Source: Thermoplasmata archaeon (GTDB taxonomy: Archaea; Thermoplasmatota; SW-10-69-26; JACQPN01; JAJPHT01). From it: 64,000 nt of DNA. This document shows positions 44,244 through 54,189 of this stretch, one piece after another. The notes below the pieces were generated by a model that had not been told where the DNA came from, made no database searches, and saw only the letters and a list, made by a program, of their open reading frames with translations. The translations under genes were made by a program, and so were the position numbers. The DNA is taken from contig JAXDQU010000079.1 in NCBI GenBank assembly GCA_034667685.1, forward strand, positions 44,107-108,106, read 5' to 3'. The stretch's first letter is position 1; each line of letters opens with the position of its first letter.

Positions 44244-46061
44244 GTGCCCACTCACCGCGCGCCCGTGCCCACCACCGCCCGGAGCCTTCTTGCGACCGTC
44301 CGGGAGCGCGCGATCGCGGACCACGGCGCGGTGGGCGACGGGCGCAGCGTCGCGCTGCTCGCCAGCGACGGCACGCTCGACTGGTGGTGCCCCGGCCGCT
44401 TCGACGCGCCCAGCGCGTTCGGCGCGATCCTGGACGCGGAGCGCGGCGGCCACTTCCGCCTCGGGCCCACGGTGGAGGCCGCCAGCCTGATGCGCTACGT
44501 CTCCGACACGAACGTGCTCGAGACGCTCCACACGACCCGCGCCGGGCGCGTGCGCGTCTGCGACTTCATGCCCTTCCCCGACGAGAGCGGCGTCGAGGAC
44601 GCGGTGCTCGTCCGCCGCGTGGAGGGCATCGAGGGCACGGTCGAGCTGGCGCTCTCCTTCCAGCCGCGCTTCGCCTACGGGCAGGTGACGCCGCGCCTCT
44701 CGCGCACGCCCGCCGGCCTGCTCGCGCGGGGCGCCGGCGAGATCATGCTGCTCCAGGCGCCCGAGGCGATCTGCGCGCCCGAGGCCCGCGTCCTGGTCGG
44801 CGAGGGCGAGCGCTTCGACGTCATGCTGCGGCACCGGCCCTTCGACGCGCCCGTGCCGTTCGACGCGCCGCTGGCCGCCTCCCCCGCGCGGCTGGAGGCG
44901 AAGACCGTCGCGCGCTGGCGGGCGTGGAGCGCGCAGACGCGCTTCGAGGGCCCCGAGGCGCCCATGGTCCGCCGCAGCGCGCTCGCGCTCAAGCTCCTCC
45001 AGTACGCGCCCACCGGCGCACTCGTGGCGGCGCCCACGACCAGCCTGCCCGAGGGGATCGGCGGCGTGCGCAACTGGGACTACCGGTTCGCGTGGCTGCG
45101 CGACGCGGCGCTCTGCGCGAAGGCGCTCCAGGACGTCGGGCACGCCGAGGAGGCGCAGCGCTTCACGCGCTGGGTCGAGGCGACGCTGCGCGACCCGGCC
45201 GACATGCGCGTGATGTACACCGTCTCGGGGCAGAGCGACCTCGACGAGCGCGAGCTGCCCCACCTGCGCGGCCACCGCGCCAGCGCGCCCGTCCGCGTCG
45301 GCAACGGCGCGGCCACGCAGCGCCAGCTCGACGTCTACGGCGAATTGCTCGGCTACCTGCGCGAGTCGGGCACCGCCGGCGCCGCGACGTGGCCCCTGGC
45401 GCGCGGCCTGGCCGACCACGTGGCGCGCACCTGGCGCGAGCCGGACAGCGGCATCTGGGAGATGCGCGCCGAGCCGCGCCACTTCGTGCTCAGCAAGGCG
45501 ATGGCGTGGGTCGCGCTGACCTCCGCTGCCCAGATGGCGCGCGAGCAGGGGTTCGCCGGTGATATCACGGGCTGGGAGCGCGAGGCCGACGCGATCCGCG
45601 CGCAGGTCGAGCAGCAAGGCGTCGACGCCCGGCTGGGCTTCGTCCAGGCCTATGGCTTCGCCGCGCCCGACGCCTCGAACCTGCTCCTGCCCATCGTCGG
45701 CTTCGTGGACGCGCGCGACCCGCGCATGCTCGCCACGACGCGCGCCGTCCTCGACAAGCTCACCGCCAACGGCCTCGTCTACCGCTATCACAACGCGGAC
45801 GGGCTGCCCGGCGGCGAGGCGACGTTCGCCTACTGCACGTTCTGGCTCGTCGAGGTGCTCGCCATGCAGGGCGAGACGCAGCAGGCGCGCCAGCTCTTCG
45901 AGGCGCTGCTCGCCCGCGCGACGCCCCTGGGCCTCTTCGCCGAGGAGATCGACGAGAAGACCGGCGAGCACCTGGGCAACTTCCCGCAGGGCTTCCCGCA
46001 CGCGGGCCTGATCGCGGCTGCCTTGGCGCTCAAGCGCGCGGAAAGCTCCGCGCTCCGCTGA
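44244..46061 (+). CDS. GH15 glycoside hydrolase (trehalase/glucoamylase-like)
   Basis: AAPTTSLPE..GG.RNWDYRFAWLRD, QLDVYG, GIWE, FAEE, GNFPQ. Confidence 0.93.
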   Translation: MPTHRAPVPTTARSLLATVRERAIADHGAVGDGRSVALLASDGTLDWWCPGRFDAPSAFGAILDAERGGHFRLGPTVEAASLMRYVSDTNVLETLHTTRAGRVRVCDFMPFPDESGVEDAVLVRRVEGIEGTVELALSFQPRFAYGQVTPRLSRTPAGLLARGAGEIMLLQAPEAICAPEARVLVGEGERFDVMLRHRPFDAPVPFDAPLAASPARLEAKTVARWRAWSAQTRFEGPEAPMVRRSALALKLLQYAPTGALVAAPTTSLPEGIGGVRNWDYRFAWLRDAALCAKALQDVGHAEEAQRFTRWVEATLRDPADMRVMYTVSGQSDLDERELPHLRGHRASAPVRVGNGAATQRQLDVYGELLGYLRESGTAGAATWPLARGLADHVARTWREPDSGIWEMRAEPRHFVLSKAMAWVALTSAAQMAREQGFAGDITGWEREADAIRAQVEQQGVDARLGFVQAYGFAAPDASNLLLPIVGFVDARDPRMLATTRAVLDKLTANGLVYRYHNADGLPGGEATFAYCTFWLVEVLAMQGETQQARQLFEALLARATPLGLFAEEIDEKTGEHLGNFPQGFPHAGLIAAALALKRAESSALR

Positions 46062-46092
46062 TGAGACAGCGGATGCCGGCGCGCCCCGCGCG

Positions 46093-46160
46093 GAAAGCCA
46101 CGGAATCTCCGAATCTCCGAATCACGCCGTAGATTCCGAGATTCGGAGATTCCGTGTTTC
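46093..46160. repeat. Periodic palindrome of GAATCTCC 8-mers
   Basis: CACGGAATCTCCGAATCTCCGAATC...GATTCCGAGATTCGGAGATTCCGTG. Confidence 0.85.
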
Positions 46161-46237
46161 TCCGCCGGAGGCGGCCGAGGCCGAGCCTCATGCAGCGCGC
46201 CAGAAGGGTCATCCACAGCGGGGCGGCTGCCCCGCGC

Positions 46238-46516
46238 ATGGCGACGATGCAGTGGCCCAAGGGCTGGAACGTGAGCGCGGACGGCAAGCGCGTCGAGACC
46301 AAGGTCGAAACAGAGGACTTCCTCGCCGCGATGAAGCTCTTGAATGACCTCGCGCCCGTGGCGGAGAAGCTGGAGCACCACCCCGACCTGCACGTCGAGC
46401 AGTGGAACCACGTCCGCATCGTGAGCTACTCGCACGACGTCGGGCACCTCACGGAGCGCGACGAGAAGCTCGCCGCCGAGATCGAGAAGGTCCTGGCGAA
46501 GCACGGCCTTCGGTAG
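46238..46516 (+). CDS. Pterin-4-alpha-carbinolamine dehydratase
   Basis: AE...HHPD, SHDVG.LTERD..LA. Confidence 0.88.
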   Translation: MATMQWPKGWNVSADGKRVETKVETEDFLAAMKLLNDLAPVAEKLEHHPDLHVEQWNHVRIVSYSHDVGHLTERDEKLAAEIEKVLAKHGLR

Positions 46517-46549
46517 GGCTTTACACGCTCAGCGGGTGTTCCAGGCGCG

Positions 46550-46831
46550 ATGGCGGGGATCACGCTCACGCTGCCGCGCTCCTTGCGCGACTACTGGGCC
46601 GGGGACCCCGAGGTCCGCCTCGAGGCGAAGACGCTCGCCGAGGCGCTCGCGGAGGTGGGCCGCCGATGGCCCGGCCTCGCCGAGCGCATCCTCGACGACG
46701 CGGGCCGCGTGCGCCCGCACGTCGGCCTCTTCGTCAACGCGCTTCCGGTGATGCACCGCGACCCGCGCGAGGTCGGCCTGGCCGAGGGTGATATCATCCG
46801 CGTGCTGCCCGCCGTGAGTGGAGGATGCTGA
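46550..46831 (+). CDS. MoaD/ThiS ubiquitin-like protein ending GG-C
   Basis: RPHVGLFVN, LAEGDIIRVLPAVSGGC. Confidence 0.88.
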   Translation: MAGITLTLPRSLRDYWAGDPEVRLEAKTLAEALAEVGRRWPGLAERILDDAGRVRPHVGLFVNALPVMHRDPREVGLAEGDIIRVLPAVSGGC

Positions 46832-47924
46832 GTTGGTGTCGAAGGGCGAGACGGTCGTGGTCGTCGGAACGCGCAAGGGACTCTTCGTCGCGCACAGCCG
46901 CGACCGGCGCCGCTGGAAGATGGACGGCCCCTTCTTCGAGGGCATCGAGGTGCCGCACGCCTTCCTCGACCCGCGCGACGGCAAGACCGTCTGGGCCGCG
47001 CCGCACAGCATGCACTGGGGGCCCACCGTGCGCGCCACGAAGGACTGGGGCAAGCGCTGGACCAAGCCCGCCTCGGGCCCGAAGTACCGCGAAGGGAGCG
47101 GCCTCTCCGTGGCCAAGGTCTGGCACGTGGAGCCCGGCCTCGAAGGCGACCTGTGGGCGGGCGTGGAGCCCGCGGGCCTCTTCCGCAGCGTGGACGGCGG
47201 CGCGAGCTGGGAAGGCGTCGACGGCTTCAACGACCAGCCCACGCGCAAGGACTGGACGCCCGGAGGCGGCGGTCTCTGCCTCCACACGATTCTGCCCTAC
47301 CCCGGAGAGCCGAAGCGCATGGTCGCGTCCGCGAGCGCCGTGGGCATCTTCGGCACGAACGACGGCGGCGCCTCGTGGCGCGTCATGAACGGCGGCATCC
47401 GCGCGGACCACCTGCCCGCCGGCAAGCTCGACGAGGGCATGATCGGCTCCTGCCCGCACAAGCTCGTGCGCGACGCGAAGGACCCCGCGACGCTCTACAT
47501 GCAGAACCACTTCGGGATCTACAGGCGCAAGCGCGGCGACGCGGCGTGGACCGACATCAGCAAGGGGCTGCCCAGCCGCTTCGGCTTCCCGATGGTCGCG
47601 CATCCGCACGACGCGGGCACCGTCTACACCGTGCCGCTGGAGGCCGATAGCAATCGCGTGACGCCCGAGGGCGCGATGGCCGTGTGGCGCACGAAGAACG
47701 GCGGCAAGACGTGGCAGCGCCTCAGCAAGGGCCTGCCGCAGAAGGGCGCGTACCACACGATCCTGCGCGAGGGCATGGCGACCGACGGCAAGGACCCCGC
47801 GGGCCTCTACGTCGGCACGACGACCGGGCAGCTCTACGCGAGCCGCGACGAGGGCGCGGCGTGGACCGAGATCGCCGCGACGCTGCCGCCGATCCTCAGC
47901 GTCGAAGCGGGCATCGCGCGATAG
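46818..47924 (+). CDS. BNR-repeat beta-propeller (exo-sialidase-like), no signal peptide
   Basis: VGTRKGLF, LFRSVDGGASW, GGGGLCLH, CPHK, QNHFG, GLPSRFGF. Confidence 0.85.
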   Translation: MEDAELVSKGETVVVVGTRKGLFVAHSRDRRRWKMDGPFFEGIEVPHAFLDPRDGKTVWAAPHSMHWGPTVRATKDWGKRWTKPASGPKYREGSGLSVAKVWHVEPGLEGDLWAGVEPAGLFRSVDGGASWEGVDGFNDQPTRKDWTPGGGGLCLHTILPYPGEPKRMVASASAVGIFGTNDGGASWRVMNGGIRADHLPAGKLDEGMIGSCPHKLVRDAKDPATLYMQNHFGIYRRKRGDAAWTDISKGLPSRFGFPMVAHPHDAGTVYTVPLEADSNRVTPEGAMAVWRTKNGGKTWQRLSKGLPQKGAYHTILREGMATDGKDPAGLYVGTTTGQLYASRDEGAAWTEIAATLPPILSVEAGIAR

Positions 47925-47929
47925 TCTGG

Positions 47930-48778
47930 TCAGGATCTGCGAAGCGCCCGTTTCGTGTACCGGCGTCTGACCTCGTTGCCAAGGCCAGCGAGGTCGCCGT
48001 AGAGGTTGGCGTCGGCAACTCCGAGGTTCAGGAGGTAGTCGTGGTTCTCGTCGTTCTTCGACGTCTCGATGACAATCTTCGTCAACGCATCCCCCTGGAG
48101 CTCCTGGAGCGGCTCGGTCGCGGTTCCGAACACGACGGAACACCCGCTCTGGGCCCCGACGCGGTGGTTTGAGTGGGGAAGGATGACGGCCGCGGGCAGG
48201 CGGGGCAGGCTGGAGCCGTCCACGCCAGCCTTCGTGAAGTGCGGCGGCCAATACGAGGCGAGGTCGCGCGCCTTGGGAACTCGACGACGCCGGCGTTCTC
48301 GTTGAACTTGCTCCAGTTCATCATCCAGAGGACCGGATTGGCATCGGCGTACTTCTCCAGCGTGAAGAACAGGGCCGGCAGCGGGCTGAACGTCCAATCA
48401 AGGAGCCGCGTGGGCACGCCATAGTGTTGCATCAGGCAGAGCCATTCGTACCCGGTTCTCGGGGGCGGCTGCGAGCCGAGGAAGCGCGGAGAATGCGTCG
48501 TGAAGTGGTGGTGCATGTCCCACTCCTGCTCCCGCATGGACTTCTCGCGTTCTTGGGCGCCATGTTGGGCGATAGAGGGACGGGAGCAGGGCGCGACCCT
48601 CAGACTCGCCTCGGAATGCCGGGCGAGCGACCCGGGACTTTCCGGCAGCGATCGCGTCAAGCTCCCATTCCTGAGATATTTGCTCGACGGCGGCCAAGGC
48701 CGAGACGATCGTGTCGACACGGATCTCGCGGATCTTTCCCACGGCTAACACCGACGCGCGAGGGCCGCGGGGCCTCAT
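47930..48778 (-). pseudogene. FRG-domain gene split over three reading frames
   Basis: AFRGES..LLPSLYR in one frame, MQHYGVPTRLLDWTFSPLPALFF in a second, N.RV.AQSG and LYGDL in a third; lower GC. Confidence 0.8.
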
Positions 48779-49165
48779 GAAGGCGCACCGTTGACTCTTT
48801 TCACCGAGTTATCCCAGCTATCAGCCCAGGTCTCAGAGCCCCATCCCGCGTTACCGCGAAGGCAAGCGCCTCGGGGCGCCATGCCCAGGCGCGCGCCGAC
48901 GAACGTGTCCCAGCCGGCCTCTGCCTCGCGCCGCCGTGCGACGCCCGCGACGTCGAGACCCGCGATGGTGCCCAGCAGCGGGTCGGGCTGTCGCAGGACG
49001 AGCAGGTCAGCGGCCCGGATGGCACGAGCGCCGCGATGCCCCCTCAGGAGGCCGGCGCGCGCGGCCTCCCCGCGTCGGGAGCGGCGGGCCGGCGCAAGAT
49101 CATGCTGCGTCGGAAAGCCGTTGCACCACGAACCCTAACCCGGCCCGCGCGCGTGGCTGGCCACC

Positions 49166-49369
49166 ATGCGAGCCATGTCCCTTGTCCTCGTCGGCGCGCT
49201 GCTGGCGATGGCCGTCGTGTCCTTCGTCCCCTCGGCGTCCGCGACCTGCGACCCGCGCGACCCGTCCCAGACCGTCCCGTGCGTCGAGGACTTCGTCGTC
49301 AACGGCGGCTGCATGGTGAACCCGCTCTACGGCACCGTGCCCAAGCAGGCCGAGTACCAGTGCTGGTAG
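49166..49369 (+). CDS. Small secreted 4-Cys peptide
   Basis: Signal peptide ending ASA, ~41-aa mature part with 4 Cys. Confidence 0.7.
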   Translation: MRAMSLVLVGALLAMAVVSFVPSASATCDPRDPSQTVPCVEDFVVNGGCMVNPLYGTVPKQAEYQCW

Positions 49370-49627
49370 GCGGTCACGCCGCGCTTGCGCGCTCGGGCGC
49401 GTAGCGGCGCAGCGAGGAGGCGAGCGAGGCCCACCCGGGCCTGCACGGCCTCCGCGGCGAGGCGCAGCATGGCGATGCCCGCGCGCGAGCCCTGCGACGA
49501 AGCCCACGACGAACGACGCGGCGAAGCCGAGCGCGCCCCACTGGGGCGGCGTCACGGCCGCGGAGCGGATCGCGGAAGCAAGGAACGGATCGGAAATGTT
49601 CAAGCGCCGCGCCACGCGCTCCGGCCC

Positions 49628-50470
49628 ATGCGTCGGGCGCTCGTCCTGATGGTCCTCGTTCTCGCCGCGGCGCCGCTCGCGCAGGCGCAGTCCGCCATGC
49701 GCCTCGACGTCGCTCCCTTCACGGGCCCGCAGCCGGTGCTCCGGAACCTGACGGTGGCCGCGTCGGTCGTGGTGCCCTGCTCGGTCCTCCAGAACGGGAC
49801 CGCGTCGGGCGTCGTCGCGCTGCTCGGCGCGCCCAGCTGGCTGACGATGGAGCCCAACGGGACGGAGTTCACGGTGGGCCCGTGCGGCGCGGACCCGCAG
49901 GTGGCGGACCTCCAGCTCACGCTGCGCCTCGACGCCGACGCGCCCGCGCTGGCAGGCGCGAACGCGGTGCTCGAAGCGCGCCTCCTGGGGCAGCGCGCCG
50001 ACGCCTCGTTCCCCGTGACGGCGGCCATCTACACGCTCGTGGACGTCTCGCCCGACCGCACGCTGCTCCAGGGCAAGCCGCAGAGCGTGCTCACGTTCCC
50101 GATCCACGTGCGCAACCTGGGCAACGCCGTGACGCGCGTGACGTTCGACGTCGCCGACGCGCCGGCGGGGTGGATCGTGCTCCAGCCGCAGCCCGTCACG
50201 CTCCAGAGCCGGCAGGAGGGCGGGCTCGTCACGGAGGGGACGGTGAACCTCGTCGTGCAGACGCCGCACCGCTTCGGCTCGATCGACGAGTCCGCGACGC
50301 TCCACGTGCACGCCATCGCCGCGCCCGCGCTGGGCTCCGGCCCCAGCGAGGAATCGAACCTGACGCTGACCGCGACGGCGAAGGGATTCGACGCGCCGGG
50401 GCCGGGCGTGCCGCTGCTCGTCGTGGGGCTCGTGGCGGCGGCCGCGCTACTTCGCAAACGCCTGCCGTAG
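49628..50470 (+). CDS. Ig-like surface protein with PGF-CTERM-like anchor
   Basis: Signal peptide, NLGNA motif, C-terminal APGPG-TM-RKR. Confidence 0.78.
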   Translation: MRRALVLMVLVLAAAPLAQAQSAMRLDVAPFTGPQPVLRNLTVAASVVVPCSVLQNGTASGVVALLGAPSWLTMEPNGTEFTVGPCGADPQVADLQLTLRLDADAPALAGANAVLEARLLGQRADASFPVTAAIYTLVDVSPDRTLLQGKPQSVLTFPIHVRNLGNAVTRVTFDVADAPAGWIVLQPQPVTLQSRQEGGLVTEGTVNLVVQTPHRFGSIDESATLHVHAIAAPALGSGPSEESNLTLTATAKGFDAPGPGVPLLVVGLVAAAALLRKRLP

Positions 50471-52378
50471 GCGCTCCACCACGGCGGGATCGGCGAGCGT
50501 CGTCGCGTCGCCCGCGGGCCTGCCCTCGGCCACGTCGCGCAGCAGGCGGCGCATGATCTTCCCGCTGCGCGTCTTGGGGAGGTCGGGCGTGAGGATCACG
50601 CGCTCGGGGCGCGCGATGGCGCCCAACGTCTTGGCGACGTGCTCGCGGAGGTCGGCTTCGCGGACCTCCGCGCCCGCGCGAGGGATGACGTAGGCGACGA
50701 TGGCCTCGCCCTTGATCGGGTCGTGCTTGCCGATGACGGCGGCCTCGGCGACGGCGGGGTGGCTCACGAGCGCGCTCTCGACCTCCATCGTGCCGATGCG
50801 GTGGCCGGCGACCTTGATCACGTCGTCCACGCGCCCGAGGATCATGTAGTAGCCGCGGTCGCGCTTGGCGCCGTCCTTCGGGAAGTAGGCGCCGGGGAAG
50901 CGGCTCCAGTATTCCTTTTGATAGCGCCCGTCGTCGTTCCACAGCGTGCGGAACATCGCGGGCCACGGCTTCTTGAGCACGAGGTAGCCGCCCGCGTGCG
51001 GGTCGTCCACGGGCTGGCCCTGCTCGTCGAGGATGTCGGCCTCCACGCCCGGAAATGGGCGTCCGGCGAAGCCCGGCCGCGCGGGGTCGACGCCGGGCAG
51101 CGTGGTGATCATGATCATGCCCGTCTCGGTCTGCCACCACGTGTCCACGATGGGGCAGCGTCCGCCGCCGATGCGCTCGCGGTACCACATCCACGCCTCG
51201 GGGTTGATCGGCTCGCCCACGGTGCCCAGGAGGCGCAGCGTGGAGAGGTCGTGGCGCGCGGGCCACTCCGGGCCCCACTGCATGAACTGACGGATCGCGG
51301 TGGGCGCCGTGTAGAAGATGGTCACGCCGTGCTTCTGCACGATGTCCCAGAAGCGCCCCTTGTCGGGGAAGTCGGGCGAGCCTTCGTACATCACGACGGT
51401 GGCGCCGTTGGCGAGGGGCCCGTAGACGACGTAGCTGTGGCCCGTGACCCAGCCGCAGTCCGCCGTGCAGAAGTAGATATCATCTTCGCGCAGGTCGAAG
51501 ACCATCTTCGTCGTCGCGTACACGCCCGTGAGGTAGCCGCCGGTGGTGTGCAGCACGCCCTTGGGCTTGCCCGTCGTGCCGCTGGTGTAGAGCGTGTAGA
51601 GCGGGTCCTCGGCGTCCATGGGCTCGGGCGGAGCGTGCTCGCTCTGCGAGGGGACGAGGTCGTGCCACCACACGTCGCGGCGCGGCGTCATGGGCACCTC
51701 CTTCCCCGTGCGGCGCAGCACGAGCACGCGCTCGATGGTGGGGCATTGCGCGACGGCCTCGTCCACCGTGAGCTTGAGCGGCACCACGTTCCCGCGGCGG
51801 TAGCCCCCGTCGGCCGTGATCACGAGCTTAGCGCCCGCGTCCTGGACGCGGCTGGCGAGCGCCTGCGCGCTGAAGCCGCCGAAGACGACGCTGTGGATCG
51901 CGCCCACGTGCGCGCACGCGAGCATCGCGATCGCGATCTCGGGCACCATGGGCAGGTAGATCGCGACGCGGTCGCCCTTGGCGATGCCCAGCTCCCGGAG
52001 CGCGTTGGCGAGCTTGCCGACCTCGCGCGAAAGCTCGGCGTAGGTGAGCGTACGCGTCTCGCCTGGCTCCCCCTCCCACACGATCGCGGGCTTGGCGCGC
52101 CGGGGACCGCGCGCGTGGCGGTGGGCGCAGTTCTCCGCGACGTTGAGCTTGCCGCCGACGAACCACTTCGCGTGCGGCGGGTCCCACTCCAGGACGTTTT
52201 GCCACGGGCGGATCCAGAGCAGCTCCCGGGCGAGGTCGCTCCAGAACGTCTCGGGGTCCGCCGCGGCGCGCGCGTACACGTCGGGGTCGCGCACGAGCGC
52301 CTGGTCGCGGAACGCGGGCGGGGGCGGGAAGGCGCGCTCCTCCGCGAGCAGCGACTCGATGGTCGGCGCGTCCGGCAT
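50447..52378 (-). CDS. acs: Acetyl-CoA synthetase (AMP-forming)
   Basis: [40 protein letters not shown]. Confidence 0.96.
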   Translation of the reverse strand: MPDAPTIESLLAEERAFPPPPAFRDQALVRDPDVYARAAADPETFWSDLARELLWIRPWQNVLEWDPPHAKWFVGGKLNVAENCAHRHARGPRRAKPAIVWEGEPGETRTLTYAELSREVGKLANALRELGIAKGDRVAIYLPMVPEIAIAMLACAHVGAIHSVVFGGFSAQALASRVQDAGAKLVITADGGYRRGNVVPLKLTVDEAVAQCPTIERVLVLRRTGKEVPMTPRRDVWWHDLVPSQSEHAPPEPMDAEDPLYTLYTSGTTGKPKGVLHTTGGYLTGVYATTKMVFDLREDDIYFCTADCGWVTGHSYVVYGPLANGATVVMYEGSPDFPDKGRFWDIVQKHGVTIFYTAPTAIRQFMQWGPEWPARHDLSTLRLLGTVGEPINPEAWMWYRERIGGGRCPIVDTWWQTETGMIMITTLPGVDPARPGFAGRPFPGVEADILDEQGQPVDDPHAGGYLVLKKPWPAMFRTLWNDDGRYQKEYWSRFPGAYFPKDGAKRDRGYYMILGRVDDVIKVAGHRIGTMEVESALVSHPAVAEAAVIGKHDPIKGEAIVAYVIPRAGAEVREADLREHVAKTLGAIARPERVILTPDLPKTRSGKIMRRLLRDVAEGRPAGDATTLADPAVVERLRQAFAK

Positions 52379-52450
52379 CGAGCCTCAAGCAAGGCGACGG
52401 CAAGCTTGATGTTGCCGCTTGGCGAGCGGCCCTTCGTGCGCGGCGCGCCC

Positions 52451-53362
52451 ATGATCCTCGTCCTGCTGGCTCTTCCGCTCGTGGCGGCGCAGCCCGGCCC
52501 GCTCGCGGCGCCCGCCGTCTCGCTGATGCCGGACCCGCCCAAGGACCCGATCCAGCCCCTCGCCGGCGCGGTCAGCTTCCCCGTGCGCGTGCACCTGACG
52601 TGCGACGCCTCGAACGCGGGCCAGCCGATCCACCTCGCGTTCCGCGTCACGCGCTCGCCCGCGTGGGCGACGCCGGTCCTCTCGCCCACCTCGATGGACG
52701 CGGACGGCTCGACGTGCGCGCAGCAGGGCGGCGTCGACCTGAGCCTCTCGGTCAACGTCCAGGCCAGCGACCAGGCGCCGGCGTTCGTCCCCGACGCGCT
52801 GGAGATCGACGCGCTCGCCGACGAGCCCTTCCACGCGACGGGCGAGACGAAGGCGACGACGCAGATCGCGGCCGGCTACTTCTCGATCATCGACGCGAGC
52901 GCGCCCGAGACGGAGCGCGGCCTCCCGCCGGGCGGCATCACGACCTTCCCCGTCGACTTCACCAACATGGGCAACGGGGCGACGAAGATCGTCTTCGAGA
53001 CCGCGACGACCAGCCGGGACGTCATCGCCGTGGCGCCCACGCCGATCGTGCTCCAGAGCAAGCAGACTGGCGGGACGCAGATCGGCGCCGTCGTGCCGCT
53101 CCAGGTCCACCGCGCCGCCGACTCGCCGCGCACGCAGGAGACGGTCACGCTCCGCTGGCGCGCCTCCTACGCGCTCGACGGCAAGCTCGCGGGAGACAGC
53201 GGCGTGCTGACCTTCGTCGTGGGCAACGGCGCCGCGGCGCCCGACACGCGGCAGCAGGCCGACGACGCGCTCAACCAGGTCAAGCAGGCGCCCGGGCCGG
53301 GCCTCGGGATGCTCGTGCCCGCGCTCGCCGGCCTCGCGATGCTGGCGCGCCGCCTGCGCTAA
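52451..53362 (+). CDS. Ig-like surface protein with PGF-CTERM-like anchor (paralog of 49628)
   Basis: NMGNG, LQSKQ.GG shared motif, APGPG-TM-RR. Confidence 0.78.
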   Translation: MILVLLALPLVAAQPGPLAAPAVSLMPDPPKDPIQPLAGAVSFPVRVHLTCDASNAGQPIHLAFRVTRSPAWATPVLSPTSMDADGSTCAQQGGVDLSLSVNVQASDQAPAFVPDALEIDALADEPFHATGETKATTQIAAGYFSIIDASAPETERGLPPGGITTFPVDFTNMGNGATKIVFETATTSRDVIAVAPTPIVLQSKQTGGTQIGAVVPLQVHRAADSPRTQETVTLRWRASYALDGKLAGDSGVLTFVVGNGAAAPDTRQQADDALNQVKQAPGPGLGMLVPALAGLAMLARRLR

Positions 53363-54123
53363 CGCCGCCGCCGGACCAGGAGCGCCCCGACGAGCAGCGC
53401 TCCGAGCGGCACGAGCCACGAGAACGGCACGCGGTGGTCGCGCGCCCGCGCCTCGGCCTGGAGCTGCGACGCGTGCAGCAGGACCCAGCCGTCGTAGAGC
53501 AGCGAGGCCGCGACGAAGGCCGCCAGCGTGCCCACGAGCGCGAGGTAGGGCGCCCCCGCGTGCCGCCCGCCCACGGCCGCGCCCGCGATGAGCGCGCCCG
53601 CCGCCGCGAAGGCAAGGAGGAAGGCCGCGCCGCCGAAGGCGTCCGCCGAGATCGCGAGCACGGGCGAGGTCGCCATCCGCTGCGTCTCGCCGATGAGGAC
53701 CGACGCCACGAGCGCGCCGGCGCCCGCGCCCACGCCCCACGCGGCCCAGGTCGGCCCCTGCGTCTCGACGCGGCGCGAGGCGCCCACGTGCGCGGCGATG
53801 GCGCCCGCGGCGGCGCCCGTGGCGACGAGGATGCCGAGGCTCGCGTCGGGCACGAGGAGCGCGCCGTCGGAGAACGTGGAGAGCGAGCTGCCCGCGAGGA
53901 TGAGGAGGAACGCGCCGACCATCGCGACGGGCGCCGCCGCGACGCCCAGCGCGACGCGCGCGCCCATCGGCATCGGGAGCCACGCGCGGGTCGCGCCGCT
54001 GGGCTCCGAGACCGCCGAGAGCGAGATCGTCTGGACCGGGCCCGCGGCCTCGGCGCGGGCGCCGCACCGGGCGCAGAACGCCGCGCCGGCCACGAGGGGC
54101 GAGCCGCACCGTCCGCAGTCCAT
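53359..54123 (-). CDS. Zinc-ribbon membrane protein
   Basis: CGRCG...FCARCG followed by multiple TM helices. Confidence 0.75.
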   Translation of the reverse strand: MDCGRCGSPLVAGAAFCARCGARAEAAGPVQTISLSAVSEPSGATRAWLPMPMGARVALGVAAAPVAMVGAFLLILAGSSLSTFSDGALLVPDASLGILVATGAAAGAIAAHVGASRRVETQGPTWAAWGVGAGAGALVASVLIGETQRMATSPVLAISADAFGGAAFLLAFAAAGALIAGAAVGGRHAGAPYLALVGTLAAFVAASLLYDGWVLLHASQLQAEARARDHRVPFSWLVPLGALLVGALLVRRRR

Positions 54124-54189
54124 GCGCCGCCCGACGCCGCGCCGGGTCTTGAGCGCTTCCTTCATGCCGCGTCGGCGGCTTCGCGCCCC

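Noticed and set aside
42612-46001. 1129-aa glycosyltransferase fusion
   Set aside because: The upstream portion is the antisense of GH15; the GT starts at ATG 44015.
46035-46098. 12-bp repeat CGCGCGGAAAGC at the GH15 3' end as another 3'-end duplication
   Set aside because: Too short and GC-rich, lacks the stop codon and the shared hairpin architecture.
48801-49103. Possible small gene (CSSC motif or ADLLVLRQPDPLLG frame)
   Set aside because: No convincing start or family match; treated as a possible fragment.
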